Below are positions 11,690-23,399 of a stretch of DNA of 64,000 nt, in pieces. The stretch is from positions 64,110,001-64,174,000 of the forward strand of contig CM059432.1 in assembly GCA_030390025.1 (NCBI GenBank). Direction: 5' to 3'. Numbering within the stretch: position 1 is the first letter of the stretch; each line of letters opens with the position of its first letter. Position numbers and translations under genes: made by a program. The stretch is from Squalus acanthias. Taxonomy: Eukaryota. The notes beneath the pieces are model-generated. The model was not told the origin of the DNA and did no database searches. It saw only the letters and a list, made by a program, of their open reading frames with translations.

Positions 11690-12247
11690 CAATCTGGATG
11701 CCTGCACTCAACCAAGAGGGAGTGAGAAATATGGAAGCAGGTCCTCACAGCGATGAACTGCAACAGAATCCAAGAGATTCAGATCAAGATAAATTGAGCA
11801 CACTGCACCCCACACTTGGTCCAAAAGATCCACCCCTCCCTGGAGGACAAATGCTAGAGGGGCTGTGACCAGAAGACTGTAATCCTGCACATTTCAGGTC
11901 CTACCCTTCATTCAGACTTTCTGGACAACAATGCACAAGGCCACACAAACCCTTCAGATCTAAACTATGCCTGCTGGACTTGCCTACTAAAGGGCAACCT
12001 CTCCTCGCAACGTGCAGATTCGTGCAACTGTCACTGCCAGCTGCAAGACATTGGCCAGGAATTTCCTCAGTGGTGTTCCTGCTCCACTGCCGTAACTTTG
12101 CTGGAAGTGCAGTGGAAGCGTTGTTTTCGTGTGTAAATGAGATTTCTTCAAAGTTATGGTGGCAGTGTGGAAGCAGCTCCAAGGAAATTCCCAGCCATTA
12201 TGGTTGAGCAAAACCCTCCCCACAACAAACTTGTGGGAGAAACATCT
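11690..12247 (+). pseudogene. Ancient L1-clade LINE ORF2 C-terminal (zf-RVT-like) relic, continuing at ~16937-17030 after the CR1 insertion
   Basis: Manual translation EIWKQVLTAMNCNRIQEIQIKIN*AHCTPHLVQKIHPSLEDKC*RGCDQKTVILH, then LWLSKTLPTTNLW, and MHGLHMELRKYQAIW beyond the CR1. Confidence 0.55.
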
Positions 12248-12329
12248 CATAGAAAGATAGAAACATAGAAGATAGGAGCAGGAGTAGGCCATTCAGGCCC
12301 CTCGAGCCTGCTCCGCCATTCAATGAGAT

Positions 12330-15186
12330 CATGGCTGATCATCCAAATTCAGTACCCTGTGCTTGCCTTTTCCCCATATCCCTTGATCCCTTTAGCCTTA
12401 AGAAATATATCTAACTCCTTCTTGAATATATTTAATCAATTGGCCTCCACTGCCTTCTGTGGTAGAGAATTCCACATTTTCACCACTCTCTGGGTGAAGA
12501 AATTCCTCCTCATCTCTGTCCTAAATGGCTTACCCCTTATCTTTAGACTGTGACCCCTGGTTCTGGACTCCCCGACCATCGGGAACATCCTTCCTGCATC
12601 TAGTCTGTCTAGTCCTGTCAGAATTTTATAAGTTTCAATGAGATCCCCTCTCATTCTTTCAAACTCCAGCAAGTATAAGCCCAATCGACCCAATCTCTCC
12701 TCATACGTCATTCCTGCCATCCCAGGTATCAGCCTGGTGAATCTTCGCTGCACTCCCTCCATGCCAAAAACATTCTTCCTCAGATAAGGCGACCAAAACT
12801 GCACACAATACTCAAGGTGTGGTCTCACCAAGGCCCTGTACAACTGCAGCAAGACATCCTTGTTCCTGTATTCGAACCCTCTCACTACGAAGGCCAACAT
12901 ACCATTTGCCTTCTTAACCGCCTGCTGCACTTGCATGCTTACCTTCAGCGACTGGTGCACAAGGACACCCAGGTCTCGTTGCACTTCCCCTTGTCCCAAT
13001 CTATTGCCATTCAGATAATAATCTGCCTTCCTGTTTTTGACACCAAAGTGGATAACCTCGCATTTATCCACATTATAATGCATCTGCCATGATTCTGCCC
13101 AATCACCCAACCTGTCCAAATCATACTGGAGTTTTTCGGAATCCTCCTCACAGCACACACACCCACCCAGCTTTGTCTCATCTGCAAACTTGGAGATATT
13201 ACATCTCGTTCCCTCGTCTAGATCATTAATATATATTGTAAATAGCTGGGGTCCTAGGACCGATCCCTGCGGTACCCCACTAGTCACTGCCTGCCACTCG
13301 GAAAAAGACCCGTTTATTCCAACTCTTTGCCTTCTGTCTGCCAACCAGTTCTCTATCCAAGTCAATACCTTGCCCCCAATCCCATGTGCCTTAACTTTAC
13401 ACGCTAATCTCTTATGCGGGACCTTATCGAAAGTCTTCTGAAAGTCCAAATACACCACATCCCTGGTTCTCCCTTATCTATTCTACCAGTTACATCTTCA
13501 AAAAATTCCAGTAGATTAGTCAAGCATGATTTACCTTTTGTAAATCCATGTTGACTTTGTCCGATCCTGTTACTGTTTTCCAAGTGCTTATAATGGACTC
13601 CAGCATTTTCCCCACTACCGATGTCAGGCTTATCGGTCTATAATTCCCTGTTTTCTCTCTACCACCTTTTTTGAATAGTGGGGTAACATTAGCTACCCTC
13701 CAATCCATGAGTACTGTTCCAGAATCTATCGAATTTTGGTAGATGACCAGCAATGCATCTACTATTTCTAGGGCCACTTCCTTAAGTACCCTAGGATGTA
13801 GATTATCAGGCCCTGGGGATTTATCGGCCTTCAATCCCGTCAATTTCGCTAACACCATTTCCCTACAAATAATGATTTCTTTCAGTTCCTCCCTCTCATT
13901 AGACTCTATGTTCCCCGACATCTCTGGGAGGTTATTTATGTCCTCCTTTGTGAAGACAGAACCAAAGTATGTATTTAATTGGTCTGCCATTTCTTTGTTC
14001 CCCATTATACATTCCCCTGATTCTGACTGCAACGGACCTACGTTTGACTTCACCAATCTTTTTCTCTTCACATATCTATAAAAGCTTTTACAGTCAGTTT
14101 TTATGTTTCCTGCAAGTTTACTCTCATACTCTATTTTCCCCCTCTTAATTAAACCCTTTATCCTCCTTTGCTGAATCCTAAACTGCTCCCAATCCTCAGG
14201 TTTACTGCTTTTTCTGGCCAATTTATATGTCCTCTCCTTGGATCTTATGCTATTCCTAATTTCCCTTGTTAGCCACGGTTGAGTCACCTTTTTTGTTTTA
14301 TTTTTATGCCAAACTGGGATGAACAAATTATGCAGTTCATCCATGCGATCTTTGAATGTTTGCCATTGCCTATCCACCATCAGCCCTTTGAGTAACATTC
14401 CCCAATCAATCCTACCCAACTCGCGCCTCATACCATCGTAGTTTCCTTTATTTAAATTCAGGTCCCTAGTCAACTACTTCATTCTCCATTTTAATGAAGA
14501 ATTCTATCATATTATGATCGCTCCGACCCAAGGGGCCTCGCACAACAAGATTGCTAATTAATCCTTTCTCATTACATAATACCCAGTCTAAGATGGCCTG
14601 ATCTCTAGTTGGTTCCTCGACATATTGGTCCAGCAAACCATCCTGTATACACTCCAGGAATTCCTCCTCCACAGTACTGTTACTAATTTGGTTAGCCTAA
14701 TCTATATGTAAATTAAAGTCACCCATGATAACTGCTGTGCCATTATTGCACGCTTCTCTAATTTCCCTTTTAATGCCATCCCCAACCTCCGCATTACTGT
14801 TTTGAGGGTCTGTATACCACTCCCACTAACGTTTTCTGCCCCTTGGTATTTCTCAGTTCTACCCATACAGATTCCACATCATCAGAGCTAATATCCTTCC
14901 TTACACTTGTGCTAATCCCCTCTTTAACCAGCAATGCTACCCCACCTCCTTGTCCTTTTTGCCTATCTTTCCTGAATATTGAATACACCTGGATGTTGAG
15001 TTCCCAGCATTGGTCACCCTGGAGCCATTTTTCCGTAATCCCAATCATATCATATTCGTTTACCTCTATTTGCGCAGCTAATTCATCCACCTTATTACGA
15101 ATACTCCTCGCATTAAGACACAAAGCCTTCAGGCTTGTTTTTTTATTGCTCTTAGACCTATATGAATTATTATTTACTGTGGCCAT
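12330..15186 (-). pseudogene. CR1 ORF2 (APE endonuclease + reverse transcriptase)
   Basis: LNARSIRNK, GITEKWL, GGGVALLV, SDHNMIEF, KSPGPDNLHPRVL, GVPQGSVLGP, FADETKL in several frames. Confidence 0.93.
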
Positions 15187-15309
15187 GTTTGATTTAAACC
15201 CTTGATTTCTCTGACTGCCACTTTTGTTTTTCTCCTTCCTGTCTTTTGCTTCTATGCTTGTTTCTCTTTTCTCTGTCTCCCTGCTCAGGTTCCCAACCCC
15301 CCTGCCATT

Positions 15310-16523
15310 TTAGTTTAAATCCTCCCCCAGAGTACTAGCAAACACTCCACCTAGGACATCGGTCCCGGTCCTGCTCAGGTGCTAACCGTCCGGTTTGTAC
15401 TGGTCCCACCTCCCCCAGAACCGGTTCTTATGTCCCAGGAATTTGAATCCCTCCCCCTTGCACCATTCCTCTAGCCACGTATTCATCTGAAATATCCTTC
15501 TATTTCTTCTCTGACTAGCACGTGGCACTGGTAAGAATCCTGAGAGTACTACCTTTGAGGTCCTATTTTTTTAATTTACCTCCTAACTCCCTATATTCAG
15601 CTTTTAGGACCTCATCCCGTTTTTTACCTATATTGTTGGTACCTATATGCACCACGACAACTGGCTGTTCACCCTCCCCCTCCAGAATGTTCTGCAGCCT
15701 CTCTGAGACATCCTTGACCCTTGCACCAGGGAGGCAACATACCATCCTAGAGTCTCGTTTGCGGCCGCAGAAACGCCTATCTATTCCCCTTACAATAGAA
15801 TCCCCTATCACTATAGCTCTCCCACTCTTTTTCCTCCCTTCCTGTGCAGCAGAAAAACCCTCGGTGCCAGGAAGTTGGCTGCTGCTGCCTTCCCCCGGTA
15901 AGCCATCCTCCCCAACAATATCCAAAGCGGTATATCTGTTTGAGAGGGGGATGGCCACAGGGGACCCCTGCACTACCTGCCTCCGCCTACTGCTCTGCCT
16001 GATGGTCACCCATTCCTTTCTTGCCTGTGCAGCCTTTACCTGCGGTGTGACCAACTCACTAAACGTGCTATCCACGACGTCCTCAGCATCGCAAACGCTC
16101 CAGTATGCATCCACTCGCAGCTCCAGCGCCGCAATGCGGTCTGCCAGTAGCTGCAGCTGGATACACTTCCCGCACAACAATATCCAAAGCGGTATATCTG
16201 TTTGAGAGGGGGATGGCCACAGGGGACCCCTGCACTACCTGCCTCCACCTACTGCTCTGCCTGATGGTCACCCATTCCTTTCTTGCCTGTGCAGCCTTTA
16301 CCTGCGGTGTGACCAACTCACTAAACGTGCTATCCACGACGTCCTCAGCATCGCAAACGCTCCAGTATGCATCCACTCGCAGCTCCAGCGCCGCAATGCG
16401 GTCTGCCAGTAGCTGCAGCTGGATACACTTCCCGCACACATGGTCGTCAGGGACACAGGAAGTGTCCCTGATTTCCCACATAGCGCAGGAGGAGCATAAC
16501 ACGGCGCCGAGCTGTCCTGACAT
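15310..16523 (-). pseudogene. CR1 ORF1 (Cys-rich zinc-binding + coiled coil + SGNH/GDSL esterase)
   Basis: CSSC..CGKC, LELRV coiled coil, LSNRY, IGDSIVRG, HIGTNN. Confidence 0.9.
15913..16436. repeat. 262-bp tandem duplication inside CR1 ORF1
   Basis: 15913-16174 and 16175-16436 are identical except one substitution that I could see (CTCCGCCT/CTCCACCT). Confidence 0.92.
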
Positions 16524-16787
16524 GACTTACCCTTTAATTAATTCAAATTATATTAAATCAAATCAATCCCACCAATTACACCACTATTAAATGATATACT
16601 CAAGGGCCCTTGTTTAACAGCAGTCCCTGCTACACCACAGAGACTCTAGAAACTATAAACCACAGAATTTAAGTAAGGAAAAAAGGCGAAAGAGAGAAAT
16701 ACTCACCAACCAATCACTTACCTGCTTTCTGGTGACGTCACACTTCGATTACTTTTTACTCCAGTCTCCCGCTCTGAGATTGGTAAA

Positions 16788-16937
16788 CCTACCTGCTCCC
16801 AGGGCTCGCTTTTATCCTCTGCCGCCGCCGCTCCTCCTAGGTCCGCACCGCCGCTGCTGTGGGCCTACCTGCTCCTCGGGCTCGCTTTTATATTCTGCTG
16901 CCGCCGCTCCTCCTAGGTCCGCACCGCCGCTGCTGTG
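16788..16937. repeat. Two ~77-bp tandem GC-rich units at the CR1 5' end
   Basis: CCTACCTGCTCC..GGGCTCGCTTTTAT..GCCGCCGCTCCTCCTAGGTCCGCACCGCCGCTGCTGTG twice. Confidence 0.85.
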
Positions 16938-17167
16938 AAAACCAGTCAAGAAGGGTCATGCATGGACTCCACATGGAGCTCAGGAAATACCAGGCAATCT
17001 GGATCTCTTGCGCAGAAACCTGCACAATCCAGTCTCCTCCCATACAATCCAGACCACCTCAAAAAGCCAAAAGGGGGGCCACAAATTGCAAATATCCCAC
17101 GTGTCCCACAAAAGAGGCTATCATATTTTCCAGGACCTATAACCATTAATTCTCCCTGATCCCCGAA

Positions 17168-17224
17168 TAACAACAACTTGCTTTTATATAGCGCCTTTAA
17201 CGTAGTAAAACGTCCCAAGGCGCT
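17168..17224 (-). mobile_element. L2/SINE-type 3' tail fragment
   Basis: Reverse complement AGCGCCTTGGGACGTTTTACTACGTTAAAGGCGCTATATAAAAGCAAGTTGTTG. Confidence 0.6.
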
Positions 17225-18628
17225 GTACCTTACATGCGCACAATGTACCAACTACCCCAGTGCACCAAAGTAGTCCTCTGTGAGTACACTATGACAAACT
17301 GTAGCATGTTGTCATAAAATAGATCTGTGTAGCTTTTTCTTAAAAAGGTAAAGAATTTTAAAAAATCTACCATTGGAATTTTCTCTCTTTGAGCTGATGA
17401 CATCTGATATAGTCAAGAAATATAAAAGCATGAGGTATTCTCGCTCTGAATCCAAACTGTGACTTTCTTGAATATTTGAATTTTGGGTTAATTTGTATCA
17501 GACCCAATTTTGTACTCAGTTGAATCATCAGGTAAATTTTCTGAGTAAGTGCCAATGATAAGCAACCTCACCCACCAGCACACAGGAAACTCATGGCACA
17601 TTGTTCTGATTCGCCTTATTAAGAACTGTTTTATACAGACTCAGCCTAGAAATTCGATTAGGCCGGGAAACTGTCGATTTCACCATGGGCCAAAGTTAAC
17701 GGCCGCCCACAAAAACAGTGCAGGCAACACCGATATTTTGGTGCTGCCTGCTGATTTAAATTAGCGCAGCACAAAACTGATCATGTAACGTGCTGTTTCG
17801 GGCAATAGTCGCATCAGGAGGCCCAGTGTAGCATGGCCGTAGCGTCCCTGGAGCGAGGCACGTTCTCTTAAAGCTAGCCTGTCATTTTAGAAATCATTGT
17901 CGATCCCTTATGGGGAACTGCCTTCTAAAATGAAAAAAATAAAATCATTTAAAAATAGGCAGTCATTAGCCCTTAGAGCGCTACTGCTTTCTGAAAAATA
18001 AGATTAAAAATAATTCCGAAATGGCAATCTTCAGCTCTTAAAACTGAACTGCCTTCTGCACGTAAAATAATAGTAAAAATGCTTCAGCACTAACAAAAAT
18101 GGCTGAACAAGCCAGGGAAGGGGATCCCAGGGTCTCGCACACATCACTCCTACTTCTAGCATTGTAGCCTAGGTTTCTTATTATCTTGTATATAAATAGT
18201 GGAATGGGGACGGGGAGCAAAAGCTGAGAAATTATCTCAGTGGAGGGGGAGTCGCTGCTTCCCTTCTGTCCTGCAGGGGTGGAATTCCCTCACTGCAGGT
18301 GTGCATGTGTGTGTGTGGGGGGAGGGGGCGCGGTGGGGGGGGGAGTGATCCACTATGTTTCATCGGACCCTGATTTTCCTCTGAGCGGGAAGTGGGTGAC
18401 CCTCACTGCCACTGGTAGTGTCTGGCAGATGATTGATGGTTCCTGTTGAAACACCTCAGTCACGGCTTCACTGGTGAGCATGAGTTTACTCATGCAGTGC
18501 TCATCCACCAGGCAAAGACTCTGAAGTCAACACCCACAGCATGGATAGCACCTGTCACAAGTCATGTGCCTCTTGTGTGCTCTGCACTTCAAGGCAGCCC
18601 TCTCCCTCTCCTCCTGCTGTACTGTGAT

Positions 18629-18744
18629 ACACCCACCATTGGCCACTACATCCGGCCACACCCACCATTGGTCACTACATCCGGCCACACCCACCATTGG
18701 TCACTACATCCGGCCACACCCACCATTGGTCACTACATCCGGCC
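18629..18744. repeat. Minisatellite, 29-bp unit x4
   Basis: ACACCCACCATTGG(T/C)CACTACATCCGGCC head-to-tail with no spacers. Confidence 0.95.
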
Positions 18745-19284
18745 TGGCTGCAGAAAATGTCTGAGGACTATTCAATTCTTTCCCTCTGTGGTGCTACTTC
18801 AATTTTTTTCCTTTTATTATACTCATGACTATAGCTCTGATCTGGTGTAAAATATATAGTTTTTGATTCAACTGTGCAGATATATTATGCTGCATGAATT
18901 CATCAGTATTAATCTGAACAAGCAAAACCTGACCTTTCTTCCCCATTATGCTAGCCTTTTTTATTCCTATTTTGAATAGGTAGGAATCCCCTGAGCAGCA
19001 TTAATCATAGGTGAACAGTTTGCTGGTGATTTCACTCTTTACTGATGTCTAGTTTTTTGCTAAAATTAACAAAGAGAGGAAAACTAAGCTCCAAGACTAA
19101 ACCATCTCATTGAATACTCGCTGCACAGTTTACTGTTTAGAATAGAAATATTATAGACTGCTGTTTTTCCACAGCATGTTGTGCTCTATGTAATAATTTC
19201 AGCCAGGAAGCATTTTAAGTTTCAGTTTAATAGCTTATTTCTCAGGAGGTCTGCAGATATAAATTCCTAACCGATGGATACACT

Positions 19285-19835
19285 GGCCCTGAATTTCCTC
19301 TCTGCTGCTATGGCGGAGATCCTTGACCCATCCACTTGTCATTTGCACCCTAACCCTGGCCCACCTTCCATTTTCTGGGTGGCTATCCAGGCTATTTACA
19401 GCGCAATCAGGGCCCCCCCGCCTTGGGGGGGAAATTCCCCGTGGTGGTTCGCCATAGTTTGTGGGCCAGCTGTGCCACCTGAGGGTTGAAAACAAATTAA
19501 TAAAGTGATCCATTTCAAATAGATCAGTTTCTGTGCTGTAGTAGTGAAACTGAACTGTTACATTTTCAATGCCTCCCTGATGTGCTCCTCTGACTCTACA
19601 GGGGTCACGATCGCCCCCAGCCCCCGGTAGCCCACTCCAATCCCCCCTCCTGGGACTTACCTGAGGACCGCTGCCGGCAAGGCTGGCAGCCCGATATTGA
19701 ATTCTTCACTCAGGCGAGCTGCCTGTGGGGGTGTAACAAGCGCCGGCATCTCATGCCGAGTGTGCTGATAAGGCCCAAGGACTGATTACTATCAATTCTC
19801 CGGCCACTCAGTTCGGGCGCAGACTAATTTCTAAG
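19285..19835. mobile_element. Degraded Harbinger-type MITE
   Basis: Starts GGCCCTGAATTTCC, GC-rich body, ends near AATTTCTAAG; TIRs weak. Confidence 0.35.
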
Positions 19836-20300
19836 TCATTGAGTGCACATTCCCTCCCTCCATAGGGACTTGCCCTATTTACCTAAGTCCAGAGAGCTTA
19901 GGTGCAGGCTAGTTAAGTCAAAGATTAAGCACTCCCAAGTATATGCAGAGATACTGTTGAAGTTTAACCAGCTAAAACTACATAGCCCACCAGTAAATGA
20001 AAGGAAGACTTGCATTTATGTAGTACCTTATCACATTTCAAAGCACTTTACATTTTTTTGAAGTGCAATCACTGTTTTTCTCCCAGGTAGCTTCCCAAAC
20101 TAACCAGTGAGGATCACCCGACCATAGTGGCATTAGCGTGCAGGGTTACGTGGAGATGAGTGGGAAGAATCTCTGTCCCTAGCGATCGTCTACCCATTCA
20201 GGTTCAATTAGTGAATCAGGCTGGCTGCTCAATCATCAACATGGCTTAGAGTACTGCAGACCTGCCTGGATCAGGTATTTTCAGTTGAGATTAGCCATTT

Positions 20301-21423
20301 TGTTGATATTAGTTTATCTCTGGTCTTTCAAATAATCAGGATCGACTGCAAACCAATATGGTGAGTATATTGTGTTTAATCAGAGTTTAAGACGGAATAT
20401 AACACACTAGTTATACAGCAAAAACATACGACCGTGACAAGCAGCTGGTACCGGTCACGATCGGACAGACGGCTGGTGTGCACGAACAGCTCTTCGGCTT
20501 ACGGCCTTTCTCCCTCTCTTCCTCTCTTCTAGAACCGCCAAGAGTGTTAAACTAGGGTCAGCATGGGTCCACCCTCGGAAGAGTGTTAGACCATTGATCA
20601 CTCTTGGAAGCTCTCCACTTCACCGTCTGCGCTAAGGGCTTTTCGGGTCTTGCTTTTATTCTTTTTTTTAGGGGTGGACCTGGGTTCCTCTTAAACCAAG
20701 GTGCCCAATGGTATGTCGAGTACTTTGTCTTAACTTTTAGATGAAAGCCCTCCCCTAAGGGGTCTCATGCTCTTCCCTCACATGTCATTCCTGTTTATAC
20801 ATTCTGAAGGCCCATCCATCTGAATTCCTCTTATCTCTCCTTATCCTCCCAAGTTTTGGAGTCAGACATGCCATTCTCGGCCTTCAGATGTCATTCTGAA
20901 GGCCCATCCATCTGAATTCCTCTTATCTCTCCTTATCCTCCCAAGTTTGGAATCAGACATGCCATTCTCGGCCTTCAGATGTTCATAGCTACTTGTTATC
21001 AGTTATTTATGTTCAAGCTGTCCATGCAGCTTTAGCTATGCAAAACTAACTATTTCATTCCATTATCAGACTATTGTACCATGGAACGAATCATTAAATT
21101 CCCAAAGATATCTTCTATTCTAGTCTCATACACTGGTTAACTTACGCATTTTAAAGCAGCTTTGTTAAACAAAGTCAAAATCCTAACTTACAAACAGCAG
21201 ATAGCTAGCCTGGGAAGCAAGGTCATACGTGACTTGCTATGGTGCAGAATGTTACAACATCCACAAGGAACCAAAAACATAAGCAAATTCTAAGCATCTA
21301 TCCAGCAATTCTAATACTAGTCTGAAGAGACACTTTTCTCTCAAGTTCTAATAACACAGTATTATTCGCATCACAATTTCATTCACATAACCATATATAT
21401 TTTAGGTCCCCGAATTTCTAACA
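20301..21423 (-). mobile_element. Solo LTR-like segment (~1.1 kb)
   Basis: TGTT...AACA termini; on minus strand a tandem ~90-bp U3-like repeat, TATA-like AATAAAA (~20655), hairpin-rich R-like region, ATTAAA (~20378); no TSD found. Confidence 0.5.
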
Positions 21424-22814
21424 GACTGGTACAGAGGGTTCTGTTGGTTCTAAACTACTGTTGCCTGGTATGTCACCTTGGAGCCAAAGAAATCCCACTT
21501 ATCCTCCACCCCACAAAGGGGGATAGTCACTAATTGGGCTGTACTGTGTCAGCCTGACCTGAAAGTCCTTGGAGCAGACATAGAATGGATCTTCATGGAA
21601 CAAATAATGATAAATGTTATTATTATTCAACCTATTAGGGCCATATACCAGCTCCAGTGCATTGCCCCAAATACCTGATCCGTTGAGCCTATAATTCTCA
21701 GACTTGACAGGTGGCTATTACTGTTGCCATCTTAGACTGGCCAAGCACTGGAATCAGACTCTTTGTCCTATTGTCAACCATGCTGCTCTCCCGGATTTCA
21801 AGATTATGCCATCCCTGGGCAGAAGAGTGGAAAAACATTCCAAAGTAGGATTCAACCCCAAAGTGTTTGTCACCATGAGAGCCTCTGCCTGGTTGGCTGA
21901 ATCTTGCCTCTTGCATTCATGGTCCACAATTCAGCAGGAGGCCATGTGCTGCATGTTAATACCCTGCACTAAAAATGGGAAAATAACAAGTTTGGAAAAA
22001 ACAGTAATGAGTATAGGATACCCTTGAAAGTTGGAAAAAAGTCCTAAACCAAAAATAAATAGAGGATTTCATGCTTCTATGACAGACATCTGCAGTGGTA
22101 ATTCACAGACAGTAAAGGCTGGGAGATCTCACTTGAGGTCGATTAATTTTAAATCTTCTCTTTAATCCCTATCAAAATCTGATTTTAAATGGAATCTCCC
22201 TAATAAAAATCTGTGTTACGGTATGTTAGCATTTACAATTTCCAAAGCGTACAGCACTAAGTAGTAGTGCGCACTGTGACATACAAACACAAGGCTGCTG
22301 GTGATCTCGCTGAAGTAGTTTTTGACCTGTTAACATTAAATGGACTGTTTCTGGTGCAAATGAAGTGTTGAAAAGAAATTATTTCTTGCAGCAGAACATC
22401 AGAGGAGAATTCTGTGTGAAAAGTAAAAGCTGTTCCCACCCTGAAGCATTTTATCTAGTCAAGGAAAAAAAGATAGCATTGAAAGAGCAATAAGGTAGGG
22501 TTTTTCACAGTGGTGATACCAGACTGAATAAGTACATTAACATTTCACTATTAAAAAACATATTATGGTTATAAAATAACTGAAAAATCTATTTGAAATT
22601 AATGTTATGAACTTCCTGGTTGAAAAATCCCTCATTTGATTCCAGTGTAGAAAGTGACATTTGCAGTTAATCTCTCCCACATTTTCTACAGCACAATGTA
22701 TTTGTTATGCTGGGGAAATGCTGCATCACTATCAGTAAGTCATTAACTTGCATTGAGTATCTGAACAAATGCAGTTTGAGATACAAGGAAAAGCAGGTTA
22801 TCACTCGGTACAGC

Positions 22815-23154
22815 GAGGGTCACCAACTCTGGTTGGATATATTCTAGGAAGTTTCACCACATGACCTCAAACCGTCCCGCCACCACACTCCTGCCATTAG
22901 ACGCCTGACACGTCCATCCTCATGGCACACTGCCTTCCCACACCAATTGGAAAGCAAACGGACTTTTCATTATCCGATTGGATGATTCTTGACTGTCAGT
23001 CAAACAGCCATTTATTTCCCATCGGCAATATTTTTAGAACTAATAAATGAAGGCCCCAATGGTTTTTCTTCCCGGGTAGCTTGCAGCAGCATCCGAGAGA
23101 TTAATCTTTAATTCCTGGAAGTTCCAGGACAATCCTGGAGGATTGGCAACCCTA
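22815..23154. mobile_element. hAT-like MITE
   Basis: TIRs GAGGGTCACCAA / TTGGCAACCCTA; 8-bp flanks GGTACAGC / CATACAGC (6/8 match). Confidence 0.6.
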
Positions 23155-23399
23155 CATACAGCCCAAGTCCACATGCTGTGCTCTGGGATATTTAATGTGC
23201 CCTACTCAAAGTGACTTCAACAGCGCACATAATAAGACTAGACTTCACTCTGTGTACAGTTAAAAAAGGCAATTTGAATCAAATATATACTTCTACATAA
23301 GAACATAAGAAATAGGAGCAGGAGTAGGCCATTCATCCCTTTGAGGCTGCTCCGCCATTCAATGAGATCATGGCTGATCTTCTGCCTCAACTCCATTCA

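Larger units (their letters stand above)
12248..16936 (-). mobile_element. Near-full-length CR1 LINE with 5' UTR, ORF1, ORF2 and (TTTCTATG)n-like tail
   Basis: Complete domain order; ORF2 broken by indels; ORF1 broken by a tandem duplication. Confidence 0.95.

Noticed and set aside
17390..17550. Possible C/D snoRNA or small exon (CTGATGA..CTGA; AG..GT)
   Set aside because: No terminal stem, weak acceptor and no recognisable peptide
18629..18744. 29-bp repeats resembling a CRISPR array
   Set aside because: Units are head-to-tail with no spacers, there are no cas genes and the context is eukaryotic; it is a minisatellite
20275..20300. TGG after the LTR-like end as a PBS
   Set aside because: TGGCTAATCTC does not match any tRNA 3' end I can recognise; probably flanking old SINE sequence
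21704..22027. 107-aa ORF in unique sequence
   Set aside because: Non-ATG start, no recognisable domain, and length compatible with chance
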